From an uncultured Gemmatimonadales bacterium (lineage in GTDB: Bacteria; Gemmatimonadota; Gemmatimonadetes; Longimicrobiales; RSA9), in the NCBI GenBank assembly GCA_963798845.1, contig CAWCUS010000002.1, positions 704,001-768,000 of the forward strand: DNA of 64,000 bases, written 5' to 3'. Below are positions 1 to 12,531 of the stretch, in pieces (the stretch's first letter is position 1; each line of letters begins with the position of its first letter). A program made the translations under genes and the position numbers. Below the pieces are notes generated by a model that ran no database searches, had not been told where the DNA came from, and saw only the letters and a list, made by a program, of their open reading frames with translations.

Positions 1-94
1 GATGCGGCGAACGCGGGCGGGCCTAGCAGCATGGCCTCGCCCGCGGACTGCTGAAATCCGGGGACCTGAACATCGGGATATCGAGTCTTAGAGC

Positions 95-2191
95 ATGCCA
101 AGGCTGACACCGCTACCGAAGCTTCGGAACATCGGCATCATGGCGCACATCGATGCCGGTAAGACGACGACGACGGAGCGCATCCTGTTCTACACGGGCC
201 GGGTGCACCGCATGGGCGAGGTGCACGAAGGCGCCGCGACCATGGACTGGATGGAGCAGGAGCAGGAGCGGGGGATCACGATCACGTCGGCGGCGACGAC
301 GGCGCACTGGAAGCGGCTGGGCGACGAGTACCGGATCAACATCATCGACACCCCCGGCCACGTGGACTTCACCATCGAGGTGGAGCGGAGCCTGCGCGTG
401 CTGGACGGGTCGGTCGCGGTGTTCTGCGCGGTCGGCGGGGTGGAGCCGCAGTCGGAGACAGTGTGGCGCCAGGCGGACCGCTACGGTGTGCCGCGCATCG
501 CGTTCGTCAACAAGATGGACCGGGTGGGCGCGGACTTCATGCACGTGGTGGGGATGATCAAGGATCGACTGGGGGCGCGGGCGTTCCCGGTCCAGATCCC
601 GCTGGGCGAGGGTGAGATGTTCACGGGTCTGGTGGACATCATCGGTCGCAAGGAGCTGGTCTACGACGACGAGACGCTGGGCGCGAAGTGGGAAGAGGGC
701 CCGGTGCCGGAGTCGCTGAAGGGGCAGGTGGAGACGCTGCGCCGCGAGCTGGTGGAGGCGGCGCTCGAGTTCGATGACGAGCTCATGGAGAGGTACCTGG
801 AGGGTGAGGAGCTGACGGAGTCGGAGATCCGGCGTGCGGTGCGCAAGGCCACCGGCGCCAACGGGATCGTGCCGGTGCTGTGCGGCTCTGCGTTCAAGAA
901 CAAGGGCGTCCAGCAGCTGCTGGACGCGGTGGTGGACTACCTGCCGTCGCCGCTGGACGTGCCGCCGATCAGGGGCCACCTCCCGCACCACGATGAGACG
1001 TTCGACACGCGCAAGCCGGAGGATGACGCCCCGTTCGCGGCGCTCGCCTTCAAGATCATGACGGATCCGTACGTGGGGAAGCTCACGTTCTTCCGCGTCT
1101 ACTCGGGGTCGCTGCCGGCGGGGTCGTACGTCTACAACTCGACGCAGGACAAGCGCGAGCGTGTGGGTCGGCTGCTGCAGATGCACGCGAACCACCGTGA
1201 GGAGCGCGAAGAGGTCTATGCCGGTGACATCGCGGCGGCGATCGGGGTTAAGAACGTGCGCACGGGCGACACGCTGTGCGATGCGGACGAGCCGATCATC
1301 CTGGAGGCGATGAAGTTCCCGGAGCCGGTGATCGACCTGGCCATCGAGCCGAAGACGAAGGCGGACCAGGACAAGCTGGGCCAGGGGCTGCAGAAGCTGG
1401 CGGAAGAGGACCCGTCGTTCCGGGTGCATACCGACGAGGAGACGGGGCAGACGATCATCTCCGGCATGGGCGAGCTGCACCTGGAGATCATCGTGGACCG
1501 GCTGCGTCGGGAGTTCCGGGTGGACGCGAACATCGGGCGGCCGCAGGTGGCGTACCGTGAGACCATCCGCAAGAGCGCGCGCGCCGTGGAAGGGAAGTTC
1601 GTCCGGCAGACGGGCGGGCGCGGCCAGTACGGTCACGTGGTGATCAACATCGGGCCGAGCGAACCCGGTGCCGGTTTCGTGTTCGAGGACAAGATCGTGG
1701 GCGGATCGATCCCCCGCGAGTACATCGGTCCGGCGGAGCAGGGGATGAAGGAGGCCATGGCCAACGGTGTACTGGCGGGCTACCCCCTGATCGACATCAA
1801 GGTGGAACTGGTGGACGGCTCCTACCACGACGTGGACTCCAGCGAGATGGCGTTCAAGATCGCCGGCTCCATGGCTCTGAAGGAGGGCGTGAAGCGGGCG
1901 GGCGCCGTGCTGCTCGAGCCTGTCATGGACGTGGAGGTGGTGACCCCCGGTGAGTACATGGGCGACGTGATGGGCGATCTCTCGAGCCGCCGCGGCAAGA
2001 TCGGCGGGATGACGCAGCGGGCGCAGGCGCAGGTGATCGGGGCGAGCGTGCCACTGGCCGAGATGTTCGGGTACTCGACCACGCTGCGCTCGATCACGCA
2101 GGGCCGGGCTGTATCGTCAATGCAGTTCTCTCGATACGAGGAAGTGCCGAAGTCGAAGGCCGAAGAGATCATCTCCCAGGTCAACGGATAA
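95..2191 (+). CDS. fusA: Elongation factor G
   Basis: [30 protein letters not shown] motifs; 698 aa; directly upstream of tuf. Confidence 0.99.
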   Translation: MPRLTPLPKLRNIGIMAHIDAGKTTTTERILFYTGRVHRMGEVHEGAATMDWMEQEQERGITITSAATTAHWKRLGDEYRINIIDTPGHVDFTIEVERSLRVLDGSVAVFCAVGGVEPQSETVWRQADRYGVPRIAFVNKMDRVGADFMHVVGMIKDRLGARAFPVQIPLGEGEMFTGLVDIIGRKELVYDDETLGAKWEEGPVPESLKGQVETLRRELVEAALEFDDELMERYLEGEELTESEIRRAVRKATGANGIVPVLCGSAFKNKGVQQLLDAVVDYLPSPLDVPPIRGHLPHHDETFDTRKPEDDAPFAALAFKIMTDPYVGKLTFFRVYSGSLPAGSYVYNSTQDKRERVGRLLQMHANHREEREEVYAGDIAAAIGVKNVRTGDTLCDADEPIILEAMKFPEPVIDLAIEPKTKADQDKLGQGLQKLAEEDPSFRVHTDEETGQTIISGMGELHLEIIVDRLRREFRVDANIGRPQVAYRETIRKSARAVEGKFVRQTGGRGQYGHVVINIGPSEPGAGFVFEDKIVGGSIPREYIGPAEQGMKEAMANGVLAGYPLIDIKVELVDGSYHDVDSSEMAFKIAGSMALKEGVKRAGAVLLEPVMDVEVVTPGEYMGDVMGDLSSRRGKIGGMTQRAQAQVIGASVPLAEMFGYSTTLRSITQGRAVSSMQFSRYEEVPKSKAEEIISQVNG

Positions 2192-2203
2192 GCGAGGGAA
2201 GCG

Positions 2204-3391
<1,188 letters not shown>

Positions 3392-3405
3392 GGGCGGAGA
3401 ACGCA

Positions 3406-3717
3406 ATGGCGCAGGACAAGATCCGGATCAGGCTGAAGGCGTACGATCACGCGGTGATCGATCAGACGGCTTCCGACATCGTTCGCACGGCGGAGAAGAC
3501 GGGGGCGCGTGTGAGCGGGCCGATCCCGCTGCCGACGCGCATCCAGCGCTGGACGGTGCTGCGCTCGCCGCACATCGACAAGAAGAGCCGCGAGCAGTTC
3601 GAGCAGCGGACGCACAAGCGCGTCATCGACATTTTCGACTCACGGCCCCAGACGATCGACGCGCTGACCAAGCTGGATCTTCCGGCGGGCGTGGACGTCG
3701 AAATCAAGGTGGACTGA
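3406..3717 (+). CDS. rpsJ: 30S ribosomal protein S10
   Basis: [31 protein letters not shown] at 3406 after GGAG. Confidence 0.98.
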   Translation: MAQDKIRIRLKAYDHAVIDQTASDIVRTAEKTGARVSGPIPLPTRIQRWTVLRSPHIDKKSREQFEQRTHKRVIDIFDSRPQTIDALTKLDLPAGVDVEIKVD

Positions 3718-3721
3718 GGTC

Positions 3722-4342
3722 ATGGCTGGATTGATTGGTCGCAAGCTGGGCATGACCCAGCTGTTCGACGATGAAGGCGCGGCGATCCCGGTTACGGTGA
3801 TCCAGGCGGGTCCCTGCCCGGTGGTCCAGGTGAAGACCGAGGCGACGGATGGCTACGAGGCGATCCAGCTCGGGTTCGACGCGCGCAAGGAGAAGCACTC
3901 CACCAGCGCGACGCGCGGACACGCAGCGAAGGCCGGGCTGGATGCCGCGCCGGTGGTGCTGCGCGAGTTGCGGGTGGACAACGCCAGCGACTACGAGGCC
4001 GGTCAGGAGATGACGGTCGAGCAGTTCGAGGTGGGCCAGCGGGTCAAGGTGACCGGGACCACCAAGGGCCGGGGCTTCCAGGGCGTGGTCAAGCGGCACG
4101 GCTTCGGCGGCCGTCCCGGCGGCCACGGCCATCCCATGTCGCGCAATCCCGGGTCCATCGGGCCGGGGACGAATCCGTCGCGCGTGATCAAGGGGAAGAA
4201 GCTGCCCGGCCAGATGGGCAACGCGCGGCACACCATCCGGAACCTGCGGGTGGAGCGCGTGGACGCGGAACGCAACCTGATCTTTCTGCGCGGCTCGGTA
4301 CCGGGGGCGAGGAACGCCACCGTGCTGATCCGTCTGCAGTAA
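3722..4342 (+). CDS. rplC: 50S ribosomal protein L3
   Basis: GLIGRKLGMTQ, KGRGFQGVVKRHGF. Confidence 0.98.
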   Translation: MAGLIGRKLGMTQLFDDEGAAIPVTVIQAGPCPVVQVKTEATDGYEAIQLGFDARKEKHSTSATRGHAAKAGLDAAPVVLRELRVDNASDYEAGQEMTVEQFEVGQRVKVTGTTKGRGFQGVVKRHGFGGRPGGHGHPMSRNPGSIGPGTNPSRVIKGKKLPGQMGNARHTIRNLRVERVDAERNLIFLRGSVPGARNATVLIRLQ

Positions 4343-4363
4343 GCGGGACGGGAGCAAACGAGG

Positions 4364-4990
4364 ATGAAGGCACCAATCATCACCATCGAGGGTGCGCGCG
4401 AAGGCGAGCGGGATCTTCCCGAGTCGCTGTTCGACGGCGTGGTCCACGAGCCGGCGATGTGGCAGGCGGTGAAGGCGTACCTGGCCAATCAGCGCCAGGC
4501 CACCGCGTCCACCAAGACCCGCGCGGACGTGAGCGGCGGGAACCACAAGCCGTGGCGCCAGAAGGGCACCGGCCGCGCCCGCCAGGGGAGCATTCGCTCG
4601 GCCCAGTGGCGCGGCGGCGGCAACGTGTTCGGACCGAGGCCCGGGCGGAACTACAAGGAAGCCGTGCCGAAGAAGCTGAAGTGGCTGGCGCGCCGCTCGG
4701 CGTACAACGCGCGGGCACTGGACGGGCGGCTGCTCGTGCTCCAGGCGTTGGACCTGGACGCACCGAAGACGAAGGCGATCGTCCGCATGCTCGGCGGCGC
4801 CGAGATCATCGGCAACGTCCTGCTCCTGACCGATGGCCACAAGCCCATGGTGTGGAAGTCCGCGCGCAACCTCCAGGGTGTCCAGGTGGCCCCGTTCGGC
4901 GAGGAGACGACCTACGACGTGCTCTGGGCCGACACGGTGATCATCGAGGACGGGGCGCTGGAACGCGCCGTGGAGGTGGCCCATGCGTGA
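4364..4990 (+). CDS. rplD: 50S ribosomal protein L4
   Basis: [18 protein letters not shown]. Confidence 0.98.
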   Translation: MKAPIITIEGAREGERDLPESLFDGVVHEPAMWQAVKAYLANQRQATASTKTRADVSGGNHKPWRQKGTGRARQGSIRSAQWRGGGNVFGPRPGRNYKEAVPKKLKWLARRSAYNARALDGRLLVLQALDLDAPKTKAIVRMLGGAEIIGNVLLLTDGHKPMVWKSARNLQGVQVAPFGEETTYDVLWADTVIIEDGALERAVEVAHA

Positions 4991-5273
4991 TGCCCGCGAC
5001 GTGATCGTCCGTCCAGTGGTGACGGAGCGCAGCACCGTCATGGCCGATGAGCAGGATGCGTTCACCTTCATCGTGGCCACGGATGCGAACAAGATCGACA
5101 TCCGCCGGGCCGTCGAGCAGCTGTTCGACGTGAAGGTGAAGTCCGTGCGCACCATGCGGTACCGCGGCAAGACGCGGCGCGTCGGCCGGAACGTGGGCCG
5201 CCGCGCCGGCTTCAAGAAGGCGATCGTGAAGCTCGCCGAGGGCGAGCGCATCGACGTGTACGAGGGGATCTGA
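4983..5273 (+). CDS. rplW: 50S ribosomal protein L23
   Basis: [31 protein letters not shown]; synteny. Confidence 0.97.
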   Translation: MRDARDVIVRPVVTERSTVMADEQDAFTFIVATDANKIDIRRAVEQLFDVKVKSVRTMRYRGKTRRVGRNVGRRAGFKKAIVKLAEGERIDVYEGI

Positions 5274-6115
5274 TGCCGATCAAGAAGTTCAAGGCGATCA
5301 CGCCCGGCACCCGCTTCCGGTCCGTCACCGCCACCGGCGACGTGGTCACACGGAGCGAGCCCGAGCGGTCGCTGACGGAGCCCGTGCGGAAGAAGGGCGG
5401 GCGCAACCACCACGGCCACGTGACCATGCGACGGCGGGGTGGCGGCCACAAGCGTCGCTATCGCAAGATCGACTTCAAGCGGGACAAGCATGGGGTGCCC
5501 GGGCGTGTTGCGGAGATCGAATACGATCCGAACCGCACCGCGCACATCGCGCTGATCCACTACGCCGACGGCGAGAAGCGCTACATCCTGCACCCGGTGG
5601 GGCTGGAGCAGGGGGCGACGATCGTGAGCGGACCGGGCTCGGACCCGCGGGTCGGGAACGCGCTCCCGCTGGGGGAGATTCCGCTGGGCAGCACAGTGCA
5701 CTGCGTGGAGCTGAAGCCGGGCAAGGGTGCGCAGGTCGTCCGCAGCGCGGGCTCGGGCGCCCAGGTGATGGCGAAGGAGGGCGAGTTCGTGACGCTGCGC
5801 CTGCCGTCCACGGAAGTGCGGATGGTGCGGCGCAACTGCATGGCCACGCTCGGTCAGGTGGGGAACACGGACCACGAGCTCCAGGTGCTGGGGAAGGCGG
5901 GCGCGTCGCGCTGGCGGGGTCGTCGTCCGAAGGTGCGGGGCGTGGCCATGAACCCGGTGGACCATCCGCTGGGTGGTGGCGAGGGGCGCTCGAGCGGTGG
6001 TCGTCCGCCCACGTCGCCCTGGGGGAAGCCCGAGGGGAAGAAGACGCGGAAGCGGAAGAAGGAGTCCAGCAAGTACATCGTGCGCGGTCGCAAGCGCGGG
6101 AAGTCGACGAAGTAG
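5273..6115 (+). CDS. rplB: 50S ribosomal protein L2
   Basis: [31 protein letters not shown]. Confidence 0.99.
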   Translation: MPIKKFKAITPGTRFRSVTATGDVVTRSEPERSLTEPVRKKGGRNHHGHVTMRRRGGGHKRRYRKIDFKRDKHGVPGRVAEIEYDPNRTAHIALIHYADGEKRYILHPVGLEQGATIVSGPGSDPRVGNALPLGEIPLGSTVHCVELKPGKGAQVVRSAGSGAQVMAKEGEFVTLRLPSTEVRMVRRNCMATLGQVGNTDHELQVLGKAGASRWRGRRPKVRGVAMNPVDHPLGGGEGRSSGGRPPTSPWGKPEGKKTRKRKKESSKYIVRGRKRGKSTK

Positions 6116-6123
6116 GAGAGCCA

Positions 6124-6408
6124 ATGTCACGTTCCATCAAGAAGGGCCCGTACATCGATGACAAGCTTCTCCTGAAGGTCGAGAAGATGAACTCGCGCAA
6201 CGAGAAGCGGGTGGTCAAGACGTGGGCGAGGGCGTCCACGATCTCCCCGGAGTTCGTGGGGCACACGCTGGCGGTGCACAACGGCAACAAGTTCATCCCG
6301 GTCTACATCACGGAGAACATGGTCGGGCACAAGCTCGGCGAGTTCGCGCCGACCCGGCTGTTCCGCGGTCATGGCGGGCGGCTGGCCGACAAGCGGTCGA
6401 GGATGTGA
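6124..6408 (+). CDS. rpsS: 30S ribosomal protein S19
   Basis: [22 protein letters not shown]. Confidence 0.98.
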   Translation: MSRSIKKGPYIDDKLLLKVEKMNSRNEKRVVKTWARASTISPEFVGHTLAVHNGNKFIPVYITENMVGHKLGEFAPTRLFRGHGGRLADKRSRM

Positions 6409-6758
6409 TGGAAGCGAAGGCGATTTCCCGGGACATCCGGCAGAGTCCGCGCAAGATGCGGCTCGTGGTGGATCTGATCCGCGGGCGCAGCGTGAACGAC
6501 GCGTACGCGGTGCTGCAGTTCACGAAGAAGCGGTCGGCGACGGCGATCGACAAGACGCTGCGCAGCGCGGTGGCGAATGCTCGTCACAAGGCGGAGCGGG
6601 CGGGCGAGCTCGTGGACGTGGACGAGCTGTACGTGAAGGAGGCGTTCGTGGACGAGGGGCCGTACTACAAGCGGTGGAGGGCGGCGGCCATGGGTCGGCC
6701 GGCGCCGATCCGTCGGCCCACCGCGCACGTGACCGTCGTCGTGGACACGAAGGAGTAA
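6408..6758 (+). CDS. rplV: 50S ribosomal protein L22
   Basis: [25 protein letters not shown] overlaps the rpsS stop (TGATG). Confidence 0.97.
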   Translation: MEAKAISRDIRQSPRKMRLVVDLIRGRSVNDAYAVLQFTKKRSATAIDKTLRSAVANARHKAERAGELVDVDELYVKEAFVDEGPYYKRWRAAAMGRPAPIRRPTAHVTVVVDTKE

Positions 6759-6759
6759 G

Positions 6760-7416
6760 ATGGGTCAGAAGACACACCCCCGGGGCTTCCGCCTCGGCGT
6801 GATCAAGCCGTGGAAGAGCCGCTGGTACGCGGAGCGGAATTTCGACGGACTGCTGCGGGAAGACGAGACGATCCGGAAGTACCTGCACCGGCGGCTGGCA
6901 CACGCGGCGGTGGCGGAAGTCGAGATCGAACGCAAGCCGCAGAAGATCGTGGTGACCGTACACACGGCGCGGCCGGGCGTGGTGATCGGCAAGCAGGGGA
7001 GCGAAGTCGACAAGCTCCGCGACGAGCTGGCGCACCTGACCAAGAGCGAGGTCTCCATCAACGTGGAGGAGATCAAGCGGCCGGAGATCGACGCGCAGCT
7101 TGTGGCGGACAACGTCGCGCACCAGCTCACGCAGCGGATCAGCTTCCGCCGGGCCATGAAGCGGGCGGTGCAGAGCGCCATGCGGAGCGGGGCGGAAGGG
7201 ATCAAGATCCAGTGCGGCGGCCGCCTGGGCGGGGCCGAGATCGCGCGGACGGAAGGGTACCACGAGGGGCGGGTCCCGCTGCACACGCTCCGGGCCGACA
7301 TCGATTACGCGCGGTCGACGGCGAAGACGACGTATGGGACCATCGGCGTGAAGGTCTGGATCTTCAAGGGTGAAGTGATGGAGACGCCGCGTGGTCGCAC
7401 CTACTCGACGGCTTGA
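6760..7416 (+). CDS. rpsC: 30S ribosomal protein S3
   Basis: [34 protein letters not shown]. Confidence 0.99.
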   Translation: MGQKTHPRGFRLGVIKPWKSRWYAERNFDGLLREDETIRKYLHRRLAHAAVAEVEIERKPQKIVVTVHTARPGVVIGKQGSEVDKLRDELAHLTKSEVSINVEEIKRPEIDAQLVADNVAHQLTQRISFRRAMKRAVQSAMRSGAEGIKIQCGGRLGGAEIARTEGYHEGRVPLHTLRADIDYARSTAKTTYGTIGVKVWIFKGEVMETPRGRTYSTA

Positions 7417-7436
7417 GGAAGGGCTGAGGTAGAGAG

Positions 7437-7862
7437 ATGCTGGCGCCGAAGAGAGTGAAGTACCGGAAGCAGATGAAAGGCCACACGCGCGGTATGGCCC
7501 ATCGCGGGAACACGGTCGCGTTCGGCGACTATGGCCTTCAGAGCACGGATCCCGGTTGGGTGACGAACCGGCAGATCGAGGCGGCCCGTGTGGCGATGAC
7601 GCGCCACATCAAGCGGGGCGGCAAGGTCTGGATCCGAATCTTCCCCGACAAGCCGGTGACGAAGAAGCCGGCGGAGACCCGCATGGGGAAGGGGAAGGGG
7701 AATCCGGAGTACTGGGTGGCGGTGGTGAAGCCGGGGCGGATGATGTTCGAGCTCGAGGGCGTGCCGGAGAACGTAGCGCGCCGGGCGTTCGAGCTGGCCT
7801 CGGCAAAGCTGCCCGTGAAGAGCCGGTTCGTGATCCGTTCGCAGCACGGAGGTGAGGCGTGA
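7437..7862 (+). CDS. rplP: 50S ribosomal protein L16
   Basis: [24 protein letters not shown]. Confidence 0.98.
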   Translation: MLAPKRVKYRKQMKGHTRGMAHRGNTVAFGDYGLQSTDPGWVTNRQIEAARVAMTRHIKRGGKVWIRIFPDKPVTKKPAETRMGKGKGNPEYWVAVVKPGRMMFELEGVPENVARRAFELASAKLPVKSRFVIRSQHGGEA

Positions 7863-8062
7863 GGCCGGAGGAGATCCGGGATCTGGCGGATCCCGACATC
7901 GAGGAGAAGATCACGGAGGCACAGGAGGAGCTGTTCCGTCTGCGCTTCCGCAGCGCCACACAGCTGCTCGAGAACCCGATGCTCGTGCGCACGCTCCGTC
8001 GCGACATTGCGCGCATGAAGACCATCATGCGGGAGCGCGAGCTCGAGAAGGCGGAGGGCTGA
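7859..8062 (+). CDS. rpmC: 50S ribosomal protein L29
   Basis: [20 protein letters not shown] start overlapping the rplP stop. Confidence 0.96.
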   Translation: MRPEEIRDLADPDIEEKITEAQEELFRLRFRSATQLLENPMLVRTLRRDIARMKTIMRERELEKAEG

Positions 8063-8063
8063 G

Positions 8064-8336
8064 ATGGCTGAGATGGCGGAGAACACACGGAACAACCGCA
8101 AGACGCGGATCGGCGTGGTCGTCGGCGACCGGATGAACAAGACGGTCGTGGTCGCCGTGGAGCGCCGCAGCGCGCACCCGATCTACGGCAAACAGGTTCT
8201 CAGGACGAAGAAGTTCCACGCCCACGACGAGGAGAACCAGGCCCGGACGGGGGACAAGGTGCGGATCATGGAGACGCGGCCGATGTCGAAGACCAAGCGC
8301 TGGCGTGTGGTCGAAATCGTGGCGCGGGCGAAGTGA
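8064..8336 (+). CDS. rpsQ: 30S ribosomal protein S17 (start may be 8073)
   Basis: [27 protein letters not shown]. Confidence 0.97.
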   Translation: MAEMAENTRNNRKTRIGVVVGDRMNKTVVVAVERRSAHPIYGKQVLRTKKFHAHDEENQARTGDKVRIMETRPMSKTKRWRVVEIVARAK

Positions 8337-8343
8337 GGCAACG

Positions 8344-8712
8344 ATGATCCAGCAGGAGTCGATGGTCCGGATCGCCGACAACAGCGGCGCCAAGCAGGCG
8401 AAGTGCATACGCGTGCTCGGCGGCTCGCGGCGGCGTTACGCCCGCGTGGGCGACGTCATCGTGGTGGCGGTGAAGGACGCGCTGCCCGATGGCACGGTGA
8501 AGAAGGGGGAAGTGGCGAAGGCGGTGGTGGTGCGCACGGCGAAGGAAATGCGTCGCAAGGATGGCAGCTACATCCGGTTCGACGACAACGCGGCCGTGAT
8601 CATCAACGACGCCGGCGAGCCGCGCGCGACGCGCATCTTCGGCCCCGTGGGCCGGGAGCTCCGCGAGAAGCGCTTCATGAAGATCGTGTCGCTGGCCCCG
8701 GAGGTGATCTGA
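8344..8712 (+). CDS. rplN: 50S ribosomal protein L14
   Basis: [31 protein letters not shown]. Confidence 0.98.
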   Translation: MIQQESMVRIADNSGAKQAKCIRVLGGSRRRYARVGDVIVVAVKDALPDGTVKKGEVAKAVVVRTAKEMRRKDGSYIRFDDNAAVIINDAGEPRATRIFGPVGRELREKRFMKIVSLAPEVI

Positions 8713-9095
8713 TGCCGCGTTTCATGCCGGGGATGCACCGGGCGACCGGGGGCAAGAAGAAGGCAGGCAAGATGGGCGTCCGGCGGGGAGACCGGGTGAA
8801 GGTGATCCGGGGCAACTTCGCCGGAACGGAGGGGACCGTGCTGCGGGTGCTGCCGAAGGAGAACCGGATCGTGGTGGAGGGAGTGAACATCCGCAAGCAC
8901 CACGCGCGCCCGACGGAGCAGAATCCCGAGGGCGGGATCATGGAGTACGAGGAGCCGATCCACGCGTCCAACGTGCTGCTCATCGACCCGAGCACAGGCG
9001 AGCCGACGCGCGTTCGATACCGCGTGGAGGACGACGGGACGAAGGAGCGGATCTCGGCGAAGAGCGGGAATCCGATCCCGAAGGCGCAGGACTGA
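8712..9095 (+). CDS. rplX: 50S ribosomal protein L24 with possible N-terminal extension
   Basis: KOW motif [27 protein letters not shown] overlaps the rplN stop. Confidence 0.96.
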   Translation: MPRFMPGMHRATGGKKKAGKMGVRRGDRVKVIRGNFAGTEGTVLRVLPKENRIVVEGVNIRKHHARPTEQNPEGGIMEYEEPIHASNVLLIDPSTGEPTRVRYRVEDDGTKERISAKSGNPIPKAQD

Positions 9096-9111
9096 GGAGA
9101 GCTCGAGAGCA

Positions 9112-9705
9112 ATGAAGCCGAGACTGCAGAAGCATTACGAGGAGCGGGTCACGCCGCGGCTCATGGACGAGTTCGAGTTCGACAACCCGTACCGCGTCCC
9201 GCGGCTCGAGAAGATCGTGCTCAACGTCGGCATGGGCGAGGCGGCGAGAAACCCGAAGCTGCTGGACGTGGTGGTGGACGAGCTGGGGCAGATCACCGGT
9301 CAGAAGCCCGTGGTGACGAAGGCCCGGAAGTCCATCTCGAACTTCGGGCTGCGCGAGAACATGCCCGTGGGGGCGAAGGTCACGCTCCGGCGGCAGCGCA
9401 TGTACGAGTTCCTGGATCGCCTGGTCAACGTGGCGATGCCGCGGATCCGCGACTTCCGCGGGCTGCCGACGCGCGCGTTCGACGGCCGGGGCAACTACAC
9501 GATGGGCGTGAAGGAGCAGCTGATCTTCCCGGAGATCGAGTACGACAAGGTGGAAACCATGCATGGCATGGACATCGTGCTGGTCACCAGCACCGACAAG
9601 GACGACGAGGCGTTCGCGCTCCTGCGCGAAATGGGGCTGCCCTTCCGGGGCGGCACGCCGGTCGTGGTCGGGGGTGAGGACATCGCCGGCCCGGCGGAGG
9701 AATAG
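9112..9705 (+). CDS. rplE: 50S ribosomal protein L5
   Basis: [33 protein letters not shown]. Confidence 0.98.
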   Translation: MKPRLQKHYEERVTPRLMDEFEFDNPYRVPRLEKIVLNVGMGEAARNPKLLDVVVDELGQITGQKPVVTKARKSISNFGLRENMPVGAKVTLRRQRMYEFLDRLVNVAMPRIRDFRGLPTRAFDGRGNYTMGVKEQLIFPEIEYDKVETMHGMDIVLVTSTDKDDEAFALLREMGLPFRGGTPVVVGGEDIAGPAEE

Positions 9706-9713
9706 GGGAGCGC

Positions 9714-9905
9714 ATGGCACGCAAGTCACAGTTGGAGAAGCAGCGGAACCCGAAGCGGCTCAAGTACTCGGTGCGGCAGAACAACCGGTGCAACCGGTGT
9801 GGCCGCGCGCGGGCGTACTACCGGAAGTTCGGCATATGCCGGATCTGTTTCCGGGAGATGGCGCTGAAAGGCGAGATCCCCGGGGTTCGCAAGGCGAGCT
9901 GGTGA
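9714..9905 (+). CDS. rpsZ: 30S ribosomal protein S14, short zinc-binding type
   Basis: RCNRCGR...GICRICFRE...PGVRKASW; 63 aa. Confidence 0.97.
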   Translation: MARKSQLEKQRNPKRLKYSVRQNNRCNRCGRARAYYRKFGICRICFREMALKGEIPGVRKASW

Positions 9906-9938
9906 GCGAGATTCGAAGTTCGAGCTTCGGATTTCGAA

Positions 9939-9986
9939 CTTCTACAAGTCCGGCACGCGAGAGCGGACGGCCGGATACTATAGGAG
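9939..9986 (+). promoter_or_regulatory. Putative S8-binding ribosomal leader (16S helix-21 mimic)
   Basis: AAGTCCGGC (9946-9954) pairs with GCCGGATACT (9970-9979), reproducing the AAGUC...GAUACU core of the 16S S8 site; directly upstream of rpsH. Confidence 0.6.
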
Positions 9987-9999
9987 CAGGTGAACGAAC

Positions 10000-10392
10000 A
10001 TGATGACAGACCCTATCGCCGACATGCTGGCGCGGGTCCGCAACGCATCGCGAGCGGGCCATCGACGCGTGGACATGCCGGTGTCGAAGCTGAAGGCGGA
10101 GATCGCGCGCATCCTCAAGGAGAACTCCTTCATCCACGACTTCAAGGTCCTGGATGACGGGCGCCACGGGGTGCTGCGGATCTATCTCAAGTATCACGAA
10201 GGGCAGTCTGTGATCCGGGACATCCAGCGGATGTCGCGGCCGGGCCGGCGGCAGTATGCGGGCGTGGGCGGCCTGCCGCGGGTCCGCAACGGCCTGGGCA
10301 TGGCCATCGTTTCCACCTCGCGCGGGGTGATGAGTGACCGCGAGGCGCGTGCGCAGAACGTCGGCGGCGAGATCCTCGCCGCGCTCTGGTAG
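10000..10392 (+). CDS. rpsH: 30S ribosomal protein S8
   Basis: TDPIADMLARVRNA, SRPGRR, GLGMAIVSTSRGV. Confidence 0.98.
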   Translation: MMTDPIADMLARVRNASRAGHRRVDMPVSKLKAEIARILKENSFIHDFKVLDDGRHGVLRIYLKYHEGQSVIRDIQRMSRPGRRQYAGVGGLPRVRNGLGMAIVSTSRGVMSDREARAQNVGGEILAALW

Positions 10393-10400
10393 GGGGGACG

Positions 10401-10937
10401 ATGTCGAGAATCGGGAAGGCGCCGATCGAGCTCCCGAAGGGCGTGGAAGTGACGGTGGACGGGAGCGTGGTGCGCGTGAAGGGTCCGAAGGGTGAGCTGG
10501 AGCAGCACATCCGTCCCGAGGTCGGAGTGTCGATCGAGGATGGGCGGGTCGTGGTGACGCGGGCAGCGGACAGCAAGCGGCACCGCGCGTATCACGGCCT
10601 GACGCGGGCGCTGGTGGCGAACATGGTGCAGGGCGTGACGGCCGGGTTCCGGAAGGGGCTCGAGATCGTGGGCGTGGGCTACCGCGCGGACAAGCGTGGG
10701 GGCACGCTGGTGCTCAACGTCGGGTACTCGCACGACGTGCAGTACCCGGAGCCGGAAGGGATCACGATCACCACGCCGAACCAGACGACGATCGTGGTGG
10801 AAGGGATCGACAAGCAGAAGGTCGGCCAGGTCGCGGCGGAGCTGCGGGCCGTGCGGCCGCCCGAGCCGTACAAGGGCAAGGGCATCCGCTACCAGGGTGA
10901 ACAGGTCCGCCGCAAGGCGGGCAAGACGGGCGCATAG
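10401..10937 (+). CDS. rplF: 50S ribosomal protein L6
   Basis: MSRIGKAPI, RPPEPYKGKGIRY. Confidence 0.99.
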   Translation: MSRIGKAPIELPKGVEVTVDGSVVRVKGPKGELEQHIRPEVGVSIEDGRVVVTRAADSKRHRAYHGLTRALVANMVQGVTAGFRKGLEIVGVGYRADKRGGTLVLNVGYSHDVQYPEPEGITITTPNQTTIVVEGIDKQKVGQVAAELRAVRPPEPYKGKGIRYQGEQVRRKAGKTGA

Positions 10938-10946
10938 AGGTCAGCC

Positions 10947-11330
10947 ATGGCGGGAAGACAGAAGACGAGCCGACGAGAGACGCAGCGTGTGCGTCGTCAT
11001 CAGCGGGTCCGGCGCAAGGTCGAAGGCTCGGCGGAGCGGCCGCGCCTGGTGGTTCACCGGTCGCTCAAGCACATGCACGGGCAGATCGTGGACGATCGGA
11101 GCGGACGCGTCCTGATGGGCGTGTCCACGACCGGGCCGGAGCTGAGGGCGTTGCGCGGCGAGGCCGAGATCGACAAGACGAAGCTGAGCCACGAGGCGGG
11201 CAAGCGGATCGCGACCCTGGCGAAGGAAGCCGGGATCGAGACCGTGGTGTTCGACCGGGGCGGCTACCTCTATCACGGCCGCGTGGCGGCCTTCGCCGAA
11301 GGCGCCCGCGAAGGCGGCCTGAAGTTCTAA
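10947..11330 (+). CDS. rplR: 50S ribosomal protein L18
   Basis: [23 protein letters not shown]. Confidence 0.98.
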   Translation: MAGRQKTSRRETQRVRRHQRVRRKVEGSAERPRLVVHRSLKHMHGQIVDDRSGRVLMGVSTTGPELRALRGEAEIDKTKLSHEAGKRIATLAKEAGIETVVFDRGGYLYHGRVAAFAEGAREGGLKF

Positions 11331-11342
11331 GGAGACGCGAGG

Positions 11343-11870
11343 ATGGCGAGAGACAATCGAGGCGGTCGCCGGGGGCGGCAGGAATCCGATCTCACGGAGA
11401 CCGTGATCCACATCAACCGCGTCGCGAAGGTGGTGAAGGGCGGCCGCCGCTTCTCCTTCAGTGCGCTCGTGGCAGTGGGCGACAAGAAGGGGAAGGTCGG
11501 GATCGCCCTCGGCAAGGCCAACGAGGTGGCCGAGGCCATCCGCAAGGGGATGGACCAGGCGCGCAAGGCCATGGAGCACGTGCCCATGATCGAGGGCACC
11601 GTTCCGCACGAGATCGTGGGCCGGGTGGGCGCGGCCAGGGTGCTGCTCAAGCCGGCGGGCCCGGGGACCGGCGTGATCGCCGGCGGTGCCGTGCGCGCGG
11701 TGCTCGAGGCGGCCGGGTACACCGACGTGCTGACGAAGAGCCTGGGGTCGAACAACCCGGTGAACACGGCGCGGGCCACCATGCGCGGGCTGGACACCAT
11801 GGTGACGGCGGAGCAGGTGGCCAGCGAGCGCGGCGTGGCGGTGGCGGATCTGGAGGTGCGGCATGGCTAA
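11343..11870 (+). CDS. rpsE: 30S ribosomal protein S5
   Basis: [28 protein letters not shown]. Confidence 0.99.
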   Translation: MARDNRGGRRGRQESDLTETVIHINRVAKVVKGGRRFSFSALVAVGDKKGKVGIALGKANEVAEAIRKGMDQARKAMEHVPMIEGTVPHEIVGRVGAARVLLKPAGPGTGVIAGGAVRAVLEAAGYTDVLTKSLGSNNPVNTARATMRGLDTMVTAEQVASERGVAVADLEVRHG

Positions 11871-12069
11871 CGAGAGCGCGGGGAAGCTGCGGATCACGCA
11901 GGTCCGGAGCCGCAACGGGCGGCCGGCAAAGCACCGGGCGACGCTGGATGCGCTGGGGCTGCGGCGTCACCAGCAGACGGTGGTGAAAGACGACAATGCG
12001 GCGATCCGGGGGATGATCTTCCAGGTCCGCCACCTGGTCGAGGTCGAAGCGCTGGAAGGCGAGGAGTAG
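11863..12069 (+). CDS. rpmD: 50S ribosomal protein L30
   Basis: [29 protein letters not shown]. Confidence 0.96.
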   Translation: MANESAGKLRITQVRSRNGRPAKHRATLDALGLRRHQQTVVKDDNAAIRGMIFQVRHLVEVEALEGEE

Positions 12070-12074
12070 GATCG

Positions 12075-12527
12075 ATGTCGGATCTGCATAATCTGCGGCG
12101 GCCGAAAGGCGCCCATCGTTCCCGCAAGCGGCTCGGGCGCGGTCCCGGCTCGGGAACGGGGAAGACGTCGGGCAACGGCCACAAGGGACAGAAGGCGCGG
12201 ACCGGGCACCACGGCATGCCGGCCTGGTTCGAGGGCGGCCAGATGCCGCTGCAGCGGCGCATCCCGAAGCGCGGCTTCACGAGCCACAAGGCCAACGAGT
12301 ACGAGATCGTGAACGTGAAGGATTTCGGTCGTATCGACGCCGAGACCATCACGCCGGAGATCCTGCACGAGCAGGGACTGGTGGACCTCGGGAAGGGGCG
12401 GCCGGTGAAGGTGCTGGGGAAGGGCGAGCTGGAGAGGAAGGTGACCGTGAAGGCGCACGCGTTCAGCGCGGGCGCCCGGAAGAAGATCGAGGACGCGGGC
12501 GGCAGCGTCGAGCTCCTGGAGGAATAG
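12075..12527 (+). CDS. rplO: 50S ribosomal protein L15
   Basis: GRGPGSGTGKT, FEGGQMPLQRRIPKRGF. Confidence 0.98.
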   Translation: MSDLHNLRRPKGAHRSRKRLGRGPGSGTGKTSGNGHKGQKARTGHHGMPAWFEGGQMPLQRRIPKRGFTSHKANEYEIVNVKDFGRIDAETITPEILHEQGLVDLGKGRPVKVLGKGELERKVTVKAHAFSAGARKKIEDAGGSVELLEE

Positions 12528-12531
12528 CGGG

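Noticed and set aside
12..45. Hairpin CGCGGGCGGGCC...GGCCTCGCCCGCG upstream of fusA
   Set aside because: Real inverted repeat, but the window edge removes its context and there is no U-tract, so no function can be assigned.
3704..6130. Long antisense and alternative-frame ORFs (808 aa here, 571 aa at 113-1828, 1009 aa at 60425-63454)
   Set aside because: Shadows of real genes caused by high GC; Arg/Pro/Ala-rich with no recognisable motifs.
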